From Clostridia bacterium (GTDB taxonomy: Bacteria > Bacillota > Clostridia > UBA1212 > DUPL01): DNA of 64,000 nt. The notes beneath the pieces are model-generated. The model was not told the DNA's origin and made no database searches. It saw nothing but the letters and a program-made list of their open reading frames with translations. This document shows positions 1-9,309 of this stretch, in pieces. Position 1 is the first letter of the stretch, and every line of letters begins with the position of its first letter. A program made the position numbers and the translations under genes. The stretch is from positions 288,001 through 352,000 of the forward strand of contig JBMNIW010000003.1 of NCBI GenBank assembly GCA_050951325.1, read 5' to 3'.

Positions 1-162
1 AGGAAAATCAAACGAGGAAGTAAGAGAAATCTCCATCTCATATGCGCTTGACATAACAGACAAGGTTTATGACATATGTGATGGTCTGTATATAATGATA
101 CCACTTAAAAGAACTGACATAGTAATTGAAATACTTGAAAAAGTAAAATCCAGGAGGAAAAT

Positions 163-939
163 ATGATAATTATTGGAGAAAAATTAAACAGTTCAATCCC
201 ATCCATTCAGACGGCAATGGAAACACGCAACAAAGAAGAGATTTTGAAAGTTATTAAAGAACAGGCGGAAAACGGGGCTGATTTTCTTGATGTCAATACA
301 GCCTTGTTATCTAATGAAGAAGATGCAATGAAATGGATAATAGAGATGATTATGAAGAATACGGATGTCGGAATCATGCTGGACTCGCCAAATCCGAAAG
401 TTGTGCAGGCATGCATAAAGGACATTAAAGACAGAAAAGTCATAATCAACTCTGTTACACTGGTCGACAGGCAAGAATATATTGATATTGCGCTTGAATA
501 CAATGCAGGAATTGTCGCCCTGCCCATTGATAGTAGAATGCCCGATACCTTGGAGAAAAGGTATGAAAACATAGACAGATTAATTGAGCTCCTAACTTCC
601 AGAGGTATAAAAAAAGATTCAATATATGTGGACATTCTGGTTGAGTCGCTGGCTGTAAATCCAGGCAGCTCCGATGAATCCATAAATACATTGAATTATG
701 TAAAGGAAAAGTATAGCGGTATAAAAACCACTTGCGGCCTTTCAAATATCTCCTTCGGGCTTCCAAAAAGAGCACTTGTAAATTGCGCCTTTTTAACAAT
801 TGCAGTAGCCAACGGACTTGATTCCGCAATCATGAACAACACATCCCGCATGCTGATGGATACTCTCCATGCCGCATTGGCAGTAAGCGGACAAGATGAA
901 TACTGTCTTGAATATATTCAATATGTAAGAAACAATTAA
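163..939 (+). CDS. Pterin-binding methyltetrahydrofolate:corrinoid methyltransferase (AcsE-like)
   Basis: MIIIGEKLN start, LDVN, MLDS, IINS and TTCGLSNISFGLP motifs; AGGAGG RBS. Confidence 0.85.
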   Translation: MIIIGEKLNSSIPSIQTAMETRNKEEILKVIKEQAENGADFLDVNTALLSNEEDAMKWIIEMIMKNTDVGIMLDSPNPKVVQACIKDIKDRKVIINSVTLVDRQEYIDIALEYNAGIVALPIDSRMPDTLEKRYENIDRLIELLTSRGIKKDSIYVDILVESLAVNPGSSDESINTLNYVKEKYSGIKTTCGLSNISFGLPKRALVNCAFLTIAVANGLDSAIMNNTSRMLMDTLHAALAVSGQDEYCLEYIQYVRNN

Positions 940-944
940 CAAAC

Positions 945-1517
945 TTAGAGAGTACTTCTGTTCTGCCTTACCTCATTGAGATTCTTTTCAAGTTGGGCTT
1001 CCAGTTTTGCCAACATGTCGTCTACATACTCTCTTCCACCAAGGCGTATTTCTCTTGCTTGCTTCTTGGCGTCCTCAAGCATGTTCTTTGCCTGCTCGGT
1101 TGCCATTCTTGTAATCTGATGCTGGTCAATGAGTTCCATCTGCTTGTGTTTTGCTTCATTTACAATTATCTCAGCTTCCTCATTGGCCATGCGCAGTTTT
1201 TCATCCGCCATTGCCTCTGCCTGCTTCAATGTCTCACGGGCTTCCCTCTGAGCATCCCTTACAAGCATTTCAGCTTCCTGATTTGCTTCACGAAGGGTCT
1301 TGTCGGCTTCGGCTCTGGCCTCGCCCATTATGGAATCCCTCTCCTTCAGCAGGTACTGCGCCTGTTTGATGTCATTTGGAAGAGAATCCTTTATAGCAGT
1401 AATAATAGCCATAATCTCATCAAAGTCCACTACCCTTTTATTCCCTATTAGAGCCTTCTTGCTTTGATTTATGTATGCTTCCAGCTCCGCCAACAACTTC
1501 ACACAGCCTATTTTCAT
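945..1517 (-). CDS. Coiled-coil protein commonly found downstream of coaD in Clostridia (DivIVA/ATPase subunit-like)
   Basis: Ala/Glu/Arg-rich heptads, LPNDIKQA motif, position after coaD. Confidence 0.7.
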   Translation of the reverse strand: MKIGCVKLLAELEAYINQSKKALIGNKRVVDFDEIMAIITAIKDSLPNDIKQAQYLLKERDSIMGEARAEADKTLREANQEAEMLVRDAQREARETLKQAEAMADEKLRMANEEAEIIVNEAKHKQMELIDQHQITRMATEQAKNMLEDAKKQAREIRLGGREYVDDMLAKLEAQLEKNLNEVRQNRSTL

Positions 1518-1518
1518 T

Positions 1519-2034
1519 TCATGTCTCCTCCTGCATTTTGAATCTCTGCTGCATCATACTGGTTATATCATCAACTACCTCATCGGGAACCAGCCCTTTT
1601 ATGTCTCCACCGTGTTTTGCAAGCTCCTTGACAATGCTGGAGCTCAGGAATGAGTTCTGTATATCAGACATCAGAAAAATCGTTTCAATATCATTGTCAA
1701 TATGCTTGTTGAGCATTGCCATTTGCAGCTCATACTCATAATCGGAAACAGCCCTCAAACCCTTTACTATGGTTGAAGCACCATTGTCCTTGACAAAATC
1801 AACCAAAAGGCCGTTGAACATCTTGACCTCAACATTGGGAAGTTCCATTATACACTTGCCTATCAGCGCAACCCTTTCCTCCATTGTGAAAATTGGATTC
1901 TTGAAATTATTATTAAGCACGCCAACAATAAGCTTGTCAAAAAGTCTGGAAGCCCTTTTAATAATATCCAAATGTCCATTAGTTACAGGATCAAAACTTC
2001 CTGGATAAACGCCAATTCTACCCAATTTGCTCAT
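1519..2034 (-). CDS. coaD: Phosphopantetheine adenylyltransferase
   Basis: [35 protein letters not shown]. Confidence 0.97.
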   Translation of the reverse strand: MSKLGRIGVYPGSFDPVTNGHLDIIKRASRLFDKLIVGVLNNNFKNPIFTMEERVALIGKCIMELPNVEVKMFNGLLVDFVKDNGASTIVKGLRAVSDYEYELQMAMLNKHIDNDIETIFLMSDIQNSFLSSSIVKELAKHGGDIKGLVPDEVVDDITSMMQQRFKMQEET

Positions 2035-2040
2035 TAATCA

Positions 2041-2598
2041 TCAAACCTTTCTAGTAAACAATGTTAGTGATGTTTTTCCATAATGTTTTGTCTTGCTTTT
2101 TTTAAAACAACCTATACAATCGACCAATTCATCCTGTTTTGAATGTTCCGCCAATACAATGCATTCATCATTGCATATGTCATGTTCCGTCATGGCTTCA
2201 AGGCACCCTTCAATCATTTCCTTCCCATAAGGAGGATCCAAAAGTATAATGTCAGCCTTTACCTCCATCCTGTGTAAAAGCTGGATGAACTTCGAATAAT
2301 CGAGATTGTGGACAGATGCTCTGTCATTAAAATCTGTATTCCTAAGGTTTTCCTCGACAACCCTGCAGCATTGCCTTGACATGTCGTTGAAATATGCGTA
2401 CTTTGCACCCCTGCTCAAAGCTTCAATGCCAAGGCTGCCGTTTCCTGCAAAAACATCAACTACTGTCGCATCATGTATCCATGGCAAAAGTATGGAAAAC
2501 ATTGCCTCCTTCACTCTGTCCAGGGTAGGTCGTGTATTATTTGAATCAATCGTTTTCAACTTGCGACCTTTGGCAGTGCCGGCAATAACTCTTACCAT
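2041..2598 (-). CDS. rsmD: 16S rRNA m2G966 methyltransferase
   Basis: RVIAGTAKGRKL, RPTLDRVKEAMF, DVFAGNG, LDPPY; start set at the ATG after GGAGGA. Confidence 0.95.
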   Translation of the reverse strand: MVRVIAGTAKGRKLKTIDSNNTRPTLDRVKEAMFSILLPWIHDATVVDVFAGNGSLGIEALSRGAKYAYFNDMSRQCCRVVEENLRNTDFNDRASVHNLDYSKFIQLLHRMEVKADIILLDPPYGKEMIEGCLEAMTEHDICNDECIVLAEHSKQDELVDCIGCFKKSKTKHYGKTSLTLFTRKV

Positions 2599-2618
2599 AA
2601 ATTCCTCCATGACAATTA

Positions 2619-2646
2619 TTCATTAAGGGCCTGAGGCCCTTATGAA
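2619..2646 (-). terminator. Hairpin, probable terminator after the MtaA/UroD-family gene
   Basis: ttcattaagggcc-tga-ggcccttatgaa inverted repeat. Confidence 0.5.
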
Positions 2647-2675
2647 TAATACAACACAATATTGTCTTTTGTCAA

Positions 2676-3779
2676 TTATTTGTATACACCCATGTCATGC
2701 ACCGCCTGATACATGGCAACTACATTCTCAGGCGGCGTATTATCCTGTATTGCGTGGGTTGGAGAGAAGAAATATCCGCCATGCGGCATCATAATATCCA
2801 AAATTTCCTTAACATTCTTTCTGACATCCTCAACAGTACCATATGCAAGAGGACCTGCAGTTGACATGCAACCATGATACGAAAGTCTTTTGCCAAAATT
2901 ATTTATGAGATACTCAGGAGACATGTTAACGGCTTCAGGCTGAAGCGTGTCCACGCAATCCACACCCATTTCAATAAAATCCTCATAGACCCAGCTGGAG
3001 GAACCGCAGCTATGTACCCTAACATACTTTCCATAGGATTTTGCCAGGTCAATATATTCCTTATGCAAAGGTTTCAAAACCCTTCTGTAAGTTTCCAGTG
3101 ATATCATCGGGCCTCTTTGTGTTCCGAGGTCTTCTCCTATCCATACAAAATCTATATCATCCCCGCCCAGTTCCAGGAGTCTCTCAAGAATACCCAGCTC
3201 CATGTCGCATCTCCTGCGTATGTACGTCATGGTTGCCTCGTCTTCCGTATAAATATTGACAAGTGTATCTTCCATACCCATGACTCTTCCCGTCGAATTT
3301 ATAATATCACAAAAACCTGCATTGCCTACATACAAGGCAAGATTCTTGCTCTTGAAATATCTTAGGTTCTCCAGCGCCTTGTCATAGTCAAACTCATCAG
3401 GACTTGGAACATGGAAGGATGCAATTGTTTCAGGATCAGCGTCTTTCAAGGGAAAATCACAAAAGTCATAGTATCCGCCCGCCTCATTTTCCACCCATTT
3501 TACATAGAATCCATATACCGGATTAACTATCCTGCCTTCCAGCTGCCTGAACTTGTTCTCACCCTTGAAGGGGGCATCAATGCTTCTTTCATCCGCTCCT
3601 ATTGCCTGATAAAAAGCTTCAAAGTCCGTTGGTGGAATACCAATAAGTTTTGACACCTTTTCATGAATCAACATGTTTGTAAAGTAGGAAATGGGGACCC
3701 TGTCAGGTTTCTCATAAGCAAATGTCCTCAATACCCTTTCTCTTGACGTCATTGTTTCTTTTGCTTTACTAATCGTCAT
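2676..3779 (-). CDS. Uroporphyrinogen decarboxylase / MtaA-CmuA family methyltransferase
   Basis: MTSRERV...PDRVP, EDLGTQRGPMIS, HSCG, GGYFFSPTHAIQDNTPPENV. Confidence 0.85.
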   Translation of the reverse strand: MTISKAKETMTSRERVLRTFAYEKPDRVPISYFTNMLIHEKVSKLIGIPPTDFEAFYQAIGADERSIDAPFKGENKFRQLEGRIVNPVYGFYVKWVENEAGGYYDFCDFPLKDADPETIASFHVPSPDEFDYDKALENLRYFKSKNLALYVGNAGFCDIINSTGRVMGMEDTLVNIYTEDEATMTYIRRRCDMELGILERLLELGGDDIDFVWIGEDLGTQRGPMISLETYRRVLKPLHKEYIDLAKSYGKYVRVHSCGSSSWVYEDFIEMGVDCVDTLQPEAVNMSPEYLINNFGKRLSYHGCMSTAGPLAYGTVEDVRKNVKEILDIMMPHGGYFFSPTHAIQDNTPPENVVAMYQAVHDMGVYK

Positions 3780-3921
3780 TACAATCCTCCCAAAACTTTT
3801 TAATCAGCAATCTATAACTTAACAAAATACTAACACACCTGTACCATCATTACAATAGACTATATTTATTTGAAAAAAGATATTTTATGTAATATACTAG
3901 AAAAAGTCAGTATAGAAAAAT

Positions 3922-5988
3922 GTGGGGATGAATGGAATGGCAAGCACTCCTTTGGAAATATTTCTAAACAAAAATGTAATGGATTTAAAGGGGATAAGCG
4001 TTAAGAAGGCAGCAAGCCTGAGAAAACTGGGCATCAATACAATTAACGACATAATCATGAATATTCCCCGTTCCTACGAGGATAGGAGAAATATTAAAAA
4101 GATTGCTGATGTCATGGTGGGCGAAACAGCAACCGTAATTGGAAAGGTTGTATCTTTTGACCATGTCTTTATCCGCAGAAACCTTACCATCACCACCGTT
4201 CTCATACAGGACGGCACATCAAGTCTATTTGTAAAATTCTACAATCAGAACTATCTGGAAAAGGTGCTTGTAAAAGGAAGGGCTTATCTTTTCTATGGAA
4301 CTGTTCAGGCAGGATATGAAGGTCCAGTAATGGAAATGCCTACATATGCACGTCTTGAAAACAAGGACGTGTTTGCTGTAATACATCCGATATACAGTCT
4401 GACAAAAGGCGTATCCCAGTATATGATCCACAAGCTGGTCAAGGAAGTCCTTCACGCTGTGAAACACTTTAAAGACACAATGCCCCAATACATTGTGGAC
4501 AAGTATCACCTAATGTCAAAAGACGAAGCCCTAAGGAACATACATTTTCCGAAAAATGAAGAGTTAAGAACCAATGCAAGATTCAGGCTGGCATTTGAAG
4601 AACTTTTGGAACTGCAAATACTTCTGCATTCCATAAAGGAAGACACAATAAGCAATGCAACAGGCATTCAGTTTATAAAGAACAATACTACAAAAAAATT
4701 TATAGAAAACCTTCCTTTCAAACTAACCAATGCCCAGCTTAGAGTCTGGTCCGAAATTGAAAAGGACATGGCATCGGATAAAATAATGAACAGACTGGTT
4801 ATCGGAGACGTAGGCTCCGGCAAGACCATTGTTGCTGTTCTTGCCATACTTAATGCCATTGTAAACGGATACCAGGCACTTTACATGGCACCTACCGAGA
4901 TTCTTGCAGAACAGCATATGAAGACAGTATCTTCTTTTCTTAATCCCTTGGGAATCAAAACAGCCCTGCTTACAGGCTCATTGCCTGCAGCAAAAAAAAG
5001 ACAGCTGCTTGAGGAAATTGAAAAAGGAGAAATTCAGTGCGTTGTAGGTACTCATGCCCTTATACAAAGAAATGTGACTTACGACAATGTAGGAATAGTT
5101 ATTACTGACGAACAGCACAGGTTTGGAGTAAGGCAAAGGGCACAATTGGCAGCAAAGGGGAAAACTCCAGATGTACTCGTCATGACCGCAACACCAATAC
5201 CAAGAACTCTTGCTTTAATCCTCTACGGAGATATGGACCTGTCCACAATTGACGAACTGCCTGCAGGCAGAATACCCATAAAAACATATGCTGTAGATTC
5301 CACTATGCGGGATAGAATACTTGCATGGACTAAAAAGCTGGTAAAGCAAAACCAGCAGATATATATTGTACACCCAGCCGTTGAAGAATCTGAAAACATG
5401 AATCTTCTTTCTGCAACGGAGAACTACAAAAAGCTATCCACCACCGTCTTCAAGGACATACCAACAGGACTTGTACACGGAAAAATGTCTGCCAAGGCAA
5501 AGGAAGAAGTCATGAGGGATTTTGTTGCAGGCAAAATCAAGATCTTGTTTTCAACAACGGTAATTGAAGTTGGAGTGGATGTGCCAAATGCAACCCTAAT
5601 GATAATAGAGAATGCAGAAAGATTTGGGCTGTCACAGCTTCACCAGCTGAGAGGAAGAGTTGGCAGAAACAACATACAGTCCTACTGTGTGATGATAACT
5701 GACAGCAAGACGGACCTGGCAAAGGAAAGAATGACCATAATGGTGAAAACAAATGACGGATTTAAGATATCGGAAAAGGATCTGGAACTGAGAGGTCCTG
5801 GTGAACTTTTCGGTACCCAACAGCATGGAATACCCGAATTCAAGGTGGCAAATCTGTATGAGGATTTGGATATATTGGGTATTGCCCAGGACGCAGCCTT
5901 TACCATAATGAAAAACAGAAATGACGAGCAGACCGCATGGTATATAAAATCCGTCATAAAGAAGGCAGAAGGCATGTTTAATTTATAA
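3922..5988 (+). CDS. recG: ATP-dependent DNA helicase RecG
   Basis: GDVGSGKT, MAPTEILAEQH, DEQHRFGVRQR, MTATPIPRTL, QLRGRVGR. Confidence 0.97.
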   Translation: MGMNGMASTPLEIFLNKNVMDLKGISVKKAASLRKLGINTINDIIMNIPRSYEDRRNIKKIADVMVGETATVIGKVVSFDHVFIRRNLTITTVLIQDGTSSLFVKFYNQNYLEKVLVKGRAYLFYGTVQAGYEGPVMEMPTYARLENKDVFAVIHPIYSLTKGVSQYMIHKLVKEVLHAVKHFKDTMPQYIVDKYHLMSKDEALRNIHFPKNEELRTNARFRLAFEELLELQILLHSIKEDTISNATGIQFIKNNTTKKFIENLPFKLTNAQLRVWSEIEKDMASDKIMNRLVIGDVGSGKTIVAVLAILNAIVNGYQALYMAPTEILAEQHMKTVSSFLNPLGIKTALLTGSLPAAKKRQLLEEIEKGEIQCVVGTHALIQRNVTYDNVGIVITDEQHRFGVRQRAQLAAKGKTPDVLVMTATPIPRTLALILYGDMDLSTIDELPAGRIPIKTYAVDSTMRDRILAWTKKLVKQNQQIYIVHPAVEESENMNLLSATENYKKLSTTVFKDIPTGLVHGKMSAKAKEEVMRDFVAGKIKILFSTTVIEVGVDVPNATLMIIENAERFGLSQLHQLRGRVGRNNIQSYCVMITDSKTDLAKERMTIMVKTNDGFKISEKDLELRGPGELFGTQQHGIPEFKVANLYEDLDILGIAQDAAFTIMKNRNDEQTAWYIKSVIKKAEGMFNL

Positions 5989-6093
5989 TTTTTGAACAAA
6001 TTATGGAATTTTTAATTTGGTATTGATTTTTTAATACATAGTATGATATAATGAGTGTTGCTGTTTAAAAAGCAAACAAGGAGGTGGATTTAA

Positions 6094-6294
6094 ATGGCAA
6101 AATGCAGTATCTGCGATAAAGGCGTTACATTCGGTCGTCGAATCAGCATAACACGTTCACAGGTCAGCAGACGTGCGAAAAGAAAATGGAAGCCAAATAT
6201 TAGAAGAGTAAAGATTGTTGATAATGGTACAACAAGATATGCCCATGTTTGCGCATCTTGCTTGAAATCGGGCAGAGTAACAAGAGCCGTTTAA
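6094..6294 (+). CDS. rpmB: 50S ribosomal protein L28
   Basis: MAKCSIC...RKWKPNIRRV...CASCLKSG; GGAGGT RBS. Confidence 0.95.
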   Translation: MAKCSICDKGVTFGRRISITRSQVSRRAKRKWKPNIRRVKIVDNGTTRYAHVCASCLKSGRVTRAV

Positions 6295-6321
6295 TCTACC
6301 TGTTATCAATAGAAGCGTGGT

Positions 6322-6358
6322 AAAAAAATTTCCCTCTGTTTGGAGAGGGATTTTTTTT
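6322..6358. terminator. Bidirectional intrinsic terminator between rpmB and spoVM
   Basis: A-tract, tccctct/agaggga stem, T-tract. Confidence 0.8.
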
Positions 6359-6364
6359 AGCCTT

Positions 6365-6448
6365 CTATTCAGGTGTCCTCTTCATCCTGAAAAGAAACCT
6401 TAGAACTGGTGCAACTACTTTTGGAGCTTTAACAACTAATATCTTCAT
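6365..6448 (-). CDS. spoVM: Stage V sporulation protein M (27 aa, not in the ORF track)
   Basis: MKILVVKAPKVVAPVLRFLFRMKRTPE: Pro9 followed by an amphipathic helix, GAAGGG RBS, convergent with rpmB as in Bacillus. Confidence 0.8.
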   Translation of the reverse strand: MKILVVKAPKVVAPVLRFLFRMKRTPE

Positions 6449-6543
6449 AGAGATCCCTTCTTCATTGTTCTCTTGCTATTAATATATTCAAAAATGAAAA
6501 AAAGTGTGAAACCTTCAGGTTTTGAAGCATATACATTACCGAG

Positions 6544-7215
6544 GTGATATATATGTTTCGAAGCTTGACGGTAAAGGCTTTTTTTTCAAAAAAGCCTATG
6601 AAAAGAATAATTGTAACCTTCAGCCTTGTAATTGCCATATGGCTTTTGTTGATTGCATTCTTCATTTATATCGAGAATCATAAAGCCTATGTCATTTCGA
6701 TAGACGACCTTTCCGTTTCCTTTCCGACAAAAATATATATTACGGAACCAGACAGTATTGAAGCAGCCATCAGGTTCAAAGAATACAAAAGCAGCAACAA
6801 TGAGTTCTGGGTCAGGTTTCCGCAAGCTTTTCAATTAAGGGAAGAGTTGTTCGAAGGCAGGGACATAACGTATCACCTTAATATAAATGGCAATGACGGT
6901 ATACACGGTTATGTTCAGATATGGCAACTTGACACGACCATGCAGGACTTTCTAAACAACGCTAGAAAGTACAAGTCCCAATCCGTATATGATTTTGAGC
7001 AGAAGGAAATCCAGCTGGGGAATAATATTAAAGGATACAAATGGTGTTATTCAGTAAAAAACCAGGATGGAGACATAGTGGCCCGGCAATCTTTCATCTC
7101 CAAACCCGGTTCTACCAAAATGTATGTTATAACACTTTACATACAAAAAAAGATGTATTCAGACGACTTTGAAAAACTCTATGACGATATACTCTATTCA
7201 GTAAGATTGCGATAA
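6544..7215 (+). CDS. Hypothetical membrane-anchored protein
   Basis: 223-aa ORF with an N-terminal hydrophobic helix. Confidence 0.65.
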   Translation: MIYMFRSLTVKAFFSKKPMKRIIVTFSLVIAIWLLLIAFFIYIENHKAYVISIDDLSVSFPTKIYITEPDSIEAAIRFKEYKSSNNEFWVRFPQAFQLREELFEGRDITYHLNINGNDGIHGYVQIWQLDTTMQDFLNNARKYKSQSVYDFEQKEIQLGNNIKGYKWCYSVKNQDGDIVARQSFISKPGSTKMYVITLYIQKKMYSDDFEKLYDDILYSVRLR

Positions 7216-7823
7216 TAGTCGCAGTGTTCTTTTATGACACATATTTCGCATTTGGGGTTTCTGGCATTACATACAGCCCTTCCGTGGTAGACAAGCTGGT
7301 GGCAGAATCTTGCGCTTCTATCAGGGGGAAGTATTTTGGCAAGGTCCATCTCAATTTTTGTAGGGTCCTTGTGTTTTGAAAGCCCTATTCTGTTGGAAAG
7401 CCTTTTTGCATGCGTGTCCACAACAACCGCCGGCTTGTTGTACACATCCCCCAGAATAATATTTGCAGTCTTCCTCCCCACCCCTGCAAGTGTCAGCAAA
7501 TCCTCCATGTTGTCGGGAACAACACATTTATATACATCTTTCAGTCTTTTACAGCATTCAATAATATTTCTTGCCTTGTTCCTGTAAAAACCCGTGGAAC
7601 GTATGTACTCTTCCAATTCATGGGCATCCGCCTCTGCAAACGCATTGCAGTCCGGGTATCTTTTAAACAGCGTTGGTGTCACCAGATTCACCCTTGCATC
7701 CGTGCACTGCGCTGCGAGAATCGTAGCTATCAAAAGCTGAAGCGGGTCGCTGTACCTAAGAGTACAGCCCGCTTCAGGATAAGCTTCTTCAAGAAGTTCC
7801 ATTATCTCTTTTATATCTTTCAC
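7194..7823 (-). CDS. nth: Endonuclease III
   Basis: LIATILAAQCTD, LAGVGRKTAN, VDTH, C-terminal 4Fe-4S cysteine motif. Confidence 0.96.
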   Translation of the reverse strand: MKDIKEIMELLEEAYPEAGCTLRYSDPLQLLIATILAAQCTDARVNLVTPTLFKRYPDCNAFAEADAHELEEYIRSTGFYRNKARNIIECCKRLKDVYKCVVPDNMEDLLTLAGVGRKTANIILGDVYNKPAVVVDTHAKRLSNRIGLSKHKDPTKIEMDLAKILPPDRSARFCHQLVYHGRAVCNARNPKCEICVIKEHCDYYRNLTE

Positions 7824-9229
7824 TGTGCCTCATCCAATACTACTTTTAATTCTATTTCCTTCTCCGAGCTTGGTCTGAACACTTTTACAACCACTTCCTC
7901 GCCTGGAGCAAACTTCAAAAGTTCCTTTCTTAGATCGTAGAAGTTGTTTACTTTATTACCTGCAAATTCTACAATTATGTCATTCTCCCTCATGCCAGCC
8001 TTGTCAGCAGCAGAGCCCCTCAACACCTGATACACAAGAGCACCGTTCGGATATCCATACTGCCTTGCTATTGTGCTGTTGTAGTTTGTGTTTACAGTTA
8101 CACCAAGAGCTGGCCTTATGACAATTCTGTCTTTTATGAGTTTTTCAACAATATCTGTTATTGTATTTGATGCAATGGCAAATCCCATGCCTTCATAGTC
8201 GGTGGAAACTATCTTTATAGCCGATATGCCTATCAGTTTGCCTTCGCTGTTTAGCAGTGCACCACCGCTGTTTCCAGGGTTGATTGCAGCATCAGTTTGA
8301 ATCAAATCGTAAGCGGAAGAACCACTGCCCATAACGATATTTCTGTTAACACCGCTGATTATACCTTTACTTACGGAGTTCATGAATTCAAGTCCACCTG
8401 GGCTTCCTATTGCTATTGCAATATCCCCTACCATAACCTCGTTGGAGTCTGCAAACTCCAATGGAGCAAGCCCTGTTACATCAATTCTTAGAACTGCCAG
8501 ATCAGTAACAGTATCGTAACCTATGATGTTTGCAACAAAAAATTCGGATAAATCAGTCTTCAGGTACACCCTCACTTCGTAATTCGGCATTACGTCTCTT
8601 GTCTCTGGACTGAGGGCTTTTTCAATAACGTGGGCATTCGTTATAATATAGCCGTCTTCGGAATAAATGACACCCGAGCCCTCACCAATAACCTGAACCT
8701 GTATATCCCAGAACACACCGGAAGTCTTTACAACCTGTATGCCTACCACCGACCTGGCGGCTTTGGCGTAAACCGCGGTTGAAATGGAGTCAATATTGTC
8801 TACCTCAAGGTTAATTGGCGGACCATTGTCAATAATTATGGTGTCGCCATTCTTTTTGTTCATGTTTCTACCTGTCAGCGACTCAATCAGTGTATTGCCA
8901 AAGATACTGAACACGACAGAAGCCATGAATCCTATTACTGCGAATATGAAGGCTATGACAACAACGGTTGCAATGGATACTCCTTTTTTGGATGAGTCAT
9001 AAGTACTTGCAATCTGCTCTCTTTGTCTTCTTTTTTCTTCCTTTTCTTTTCTCTTTGCTTCCTTAAGCTCCTGCTTAAGCTTCCTAATATTCTCAATATA
9101 ATATTCCGTATTAGGAGTGTCCTTTTCTTCTTCCTTTTCTATTTCAACCACATTTTCGCTGTCGCTATTTTCAACAACCACATCTTCAGTAACTTCTTCG
9201 TTCATGTTGTCGTCCTCATACATGTTCAT
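7820..9229 (-). CDS. htrA: HtrA/DegP-family serine protease with PDZ domain
   Basis: GSGVI, TNAHV, DLAVL, QTDAAINPGNSGG, TM helix, C-terminal PDZ. Confidence 0.92.
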   Translation of the reverse strand: MNMYEDDNMNEEVTEDVVVENSDSENVVEIEKEEEKDTPNTEYYIENIRKLKQELKEAKRKEKEEKRRQREQIASTYDSSKKGVSIATVVVIAFIFAVIGFMASVVFSIFGNTLIESLTGRNMNKKNGDTIIIDNGPPINLEVDNIDSISTAVYAKAARSVVGIQVVKTSGVFWDIQVQVIGEGSGVIYSEDGYIITNAHVIEKALSPETRDVMPNYEVRVYLKTDLSEFFVANIIGYDTVTDLAVLRIDVTGLAPLEFADSNEVMVGDIAIAIGSPGGLEFMNSVSKGIISGVNRNIVMGSGSSAYDLIQTDAAINPGNSGGALLNSEGKLIGISAIKIVSTDYEGMGFAIASNTITDIVEKLIKDRIVIRPALGVTVNTNYNSTIARQYGYPNGALVYQVLRGSAADKAGMRENDIIVEFAGNKVNNFYDLRKELLKFAPGEEVVVKVFRPSSEKEIELKVVLDEAQ

Positions 9230-9309
9230 AATGTTTCCTCCTTTTTCATTTTTTTCATTGTAATAATTCCATTTTACCATATAGTGAACCAACAATGAAA
9301 AATTGTGTC

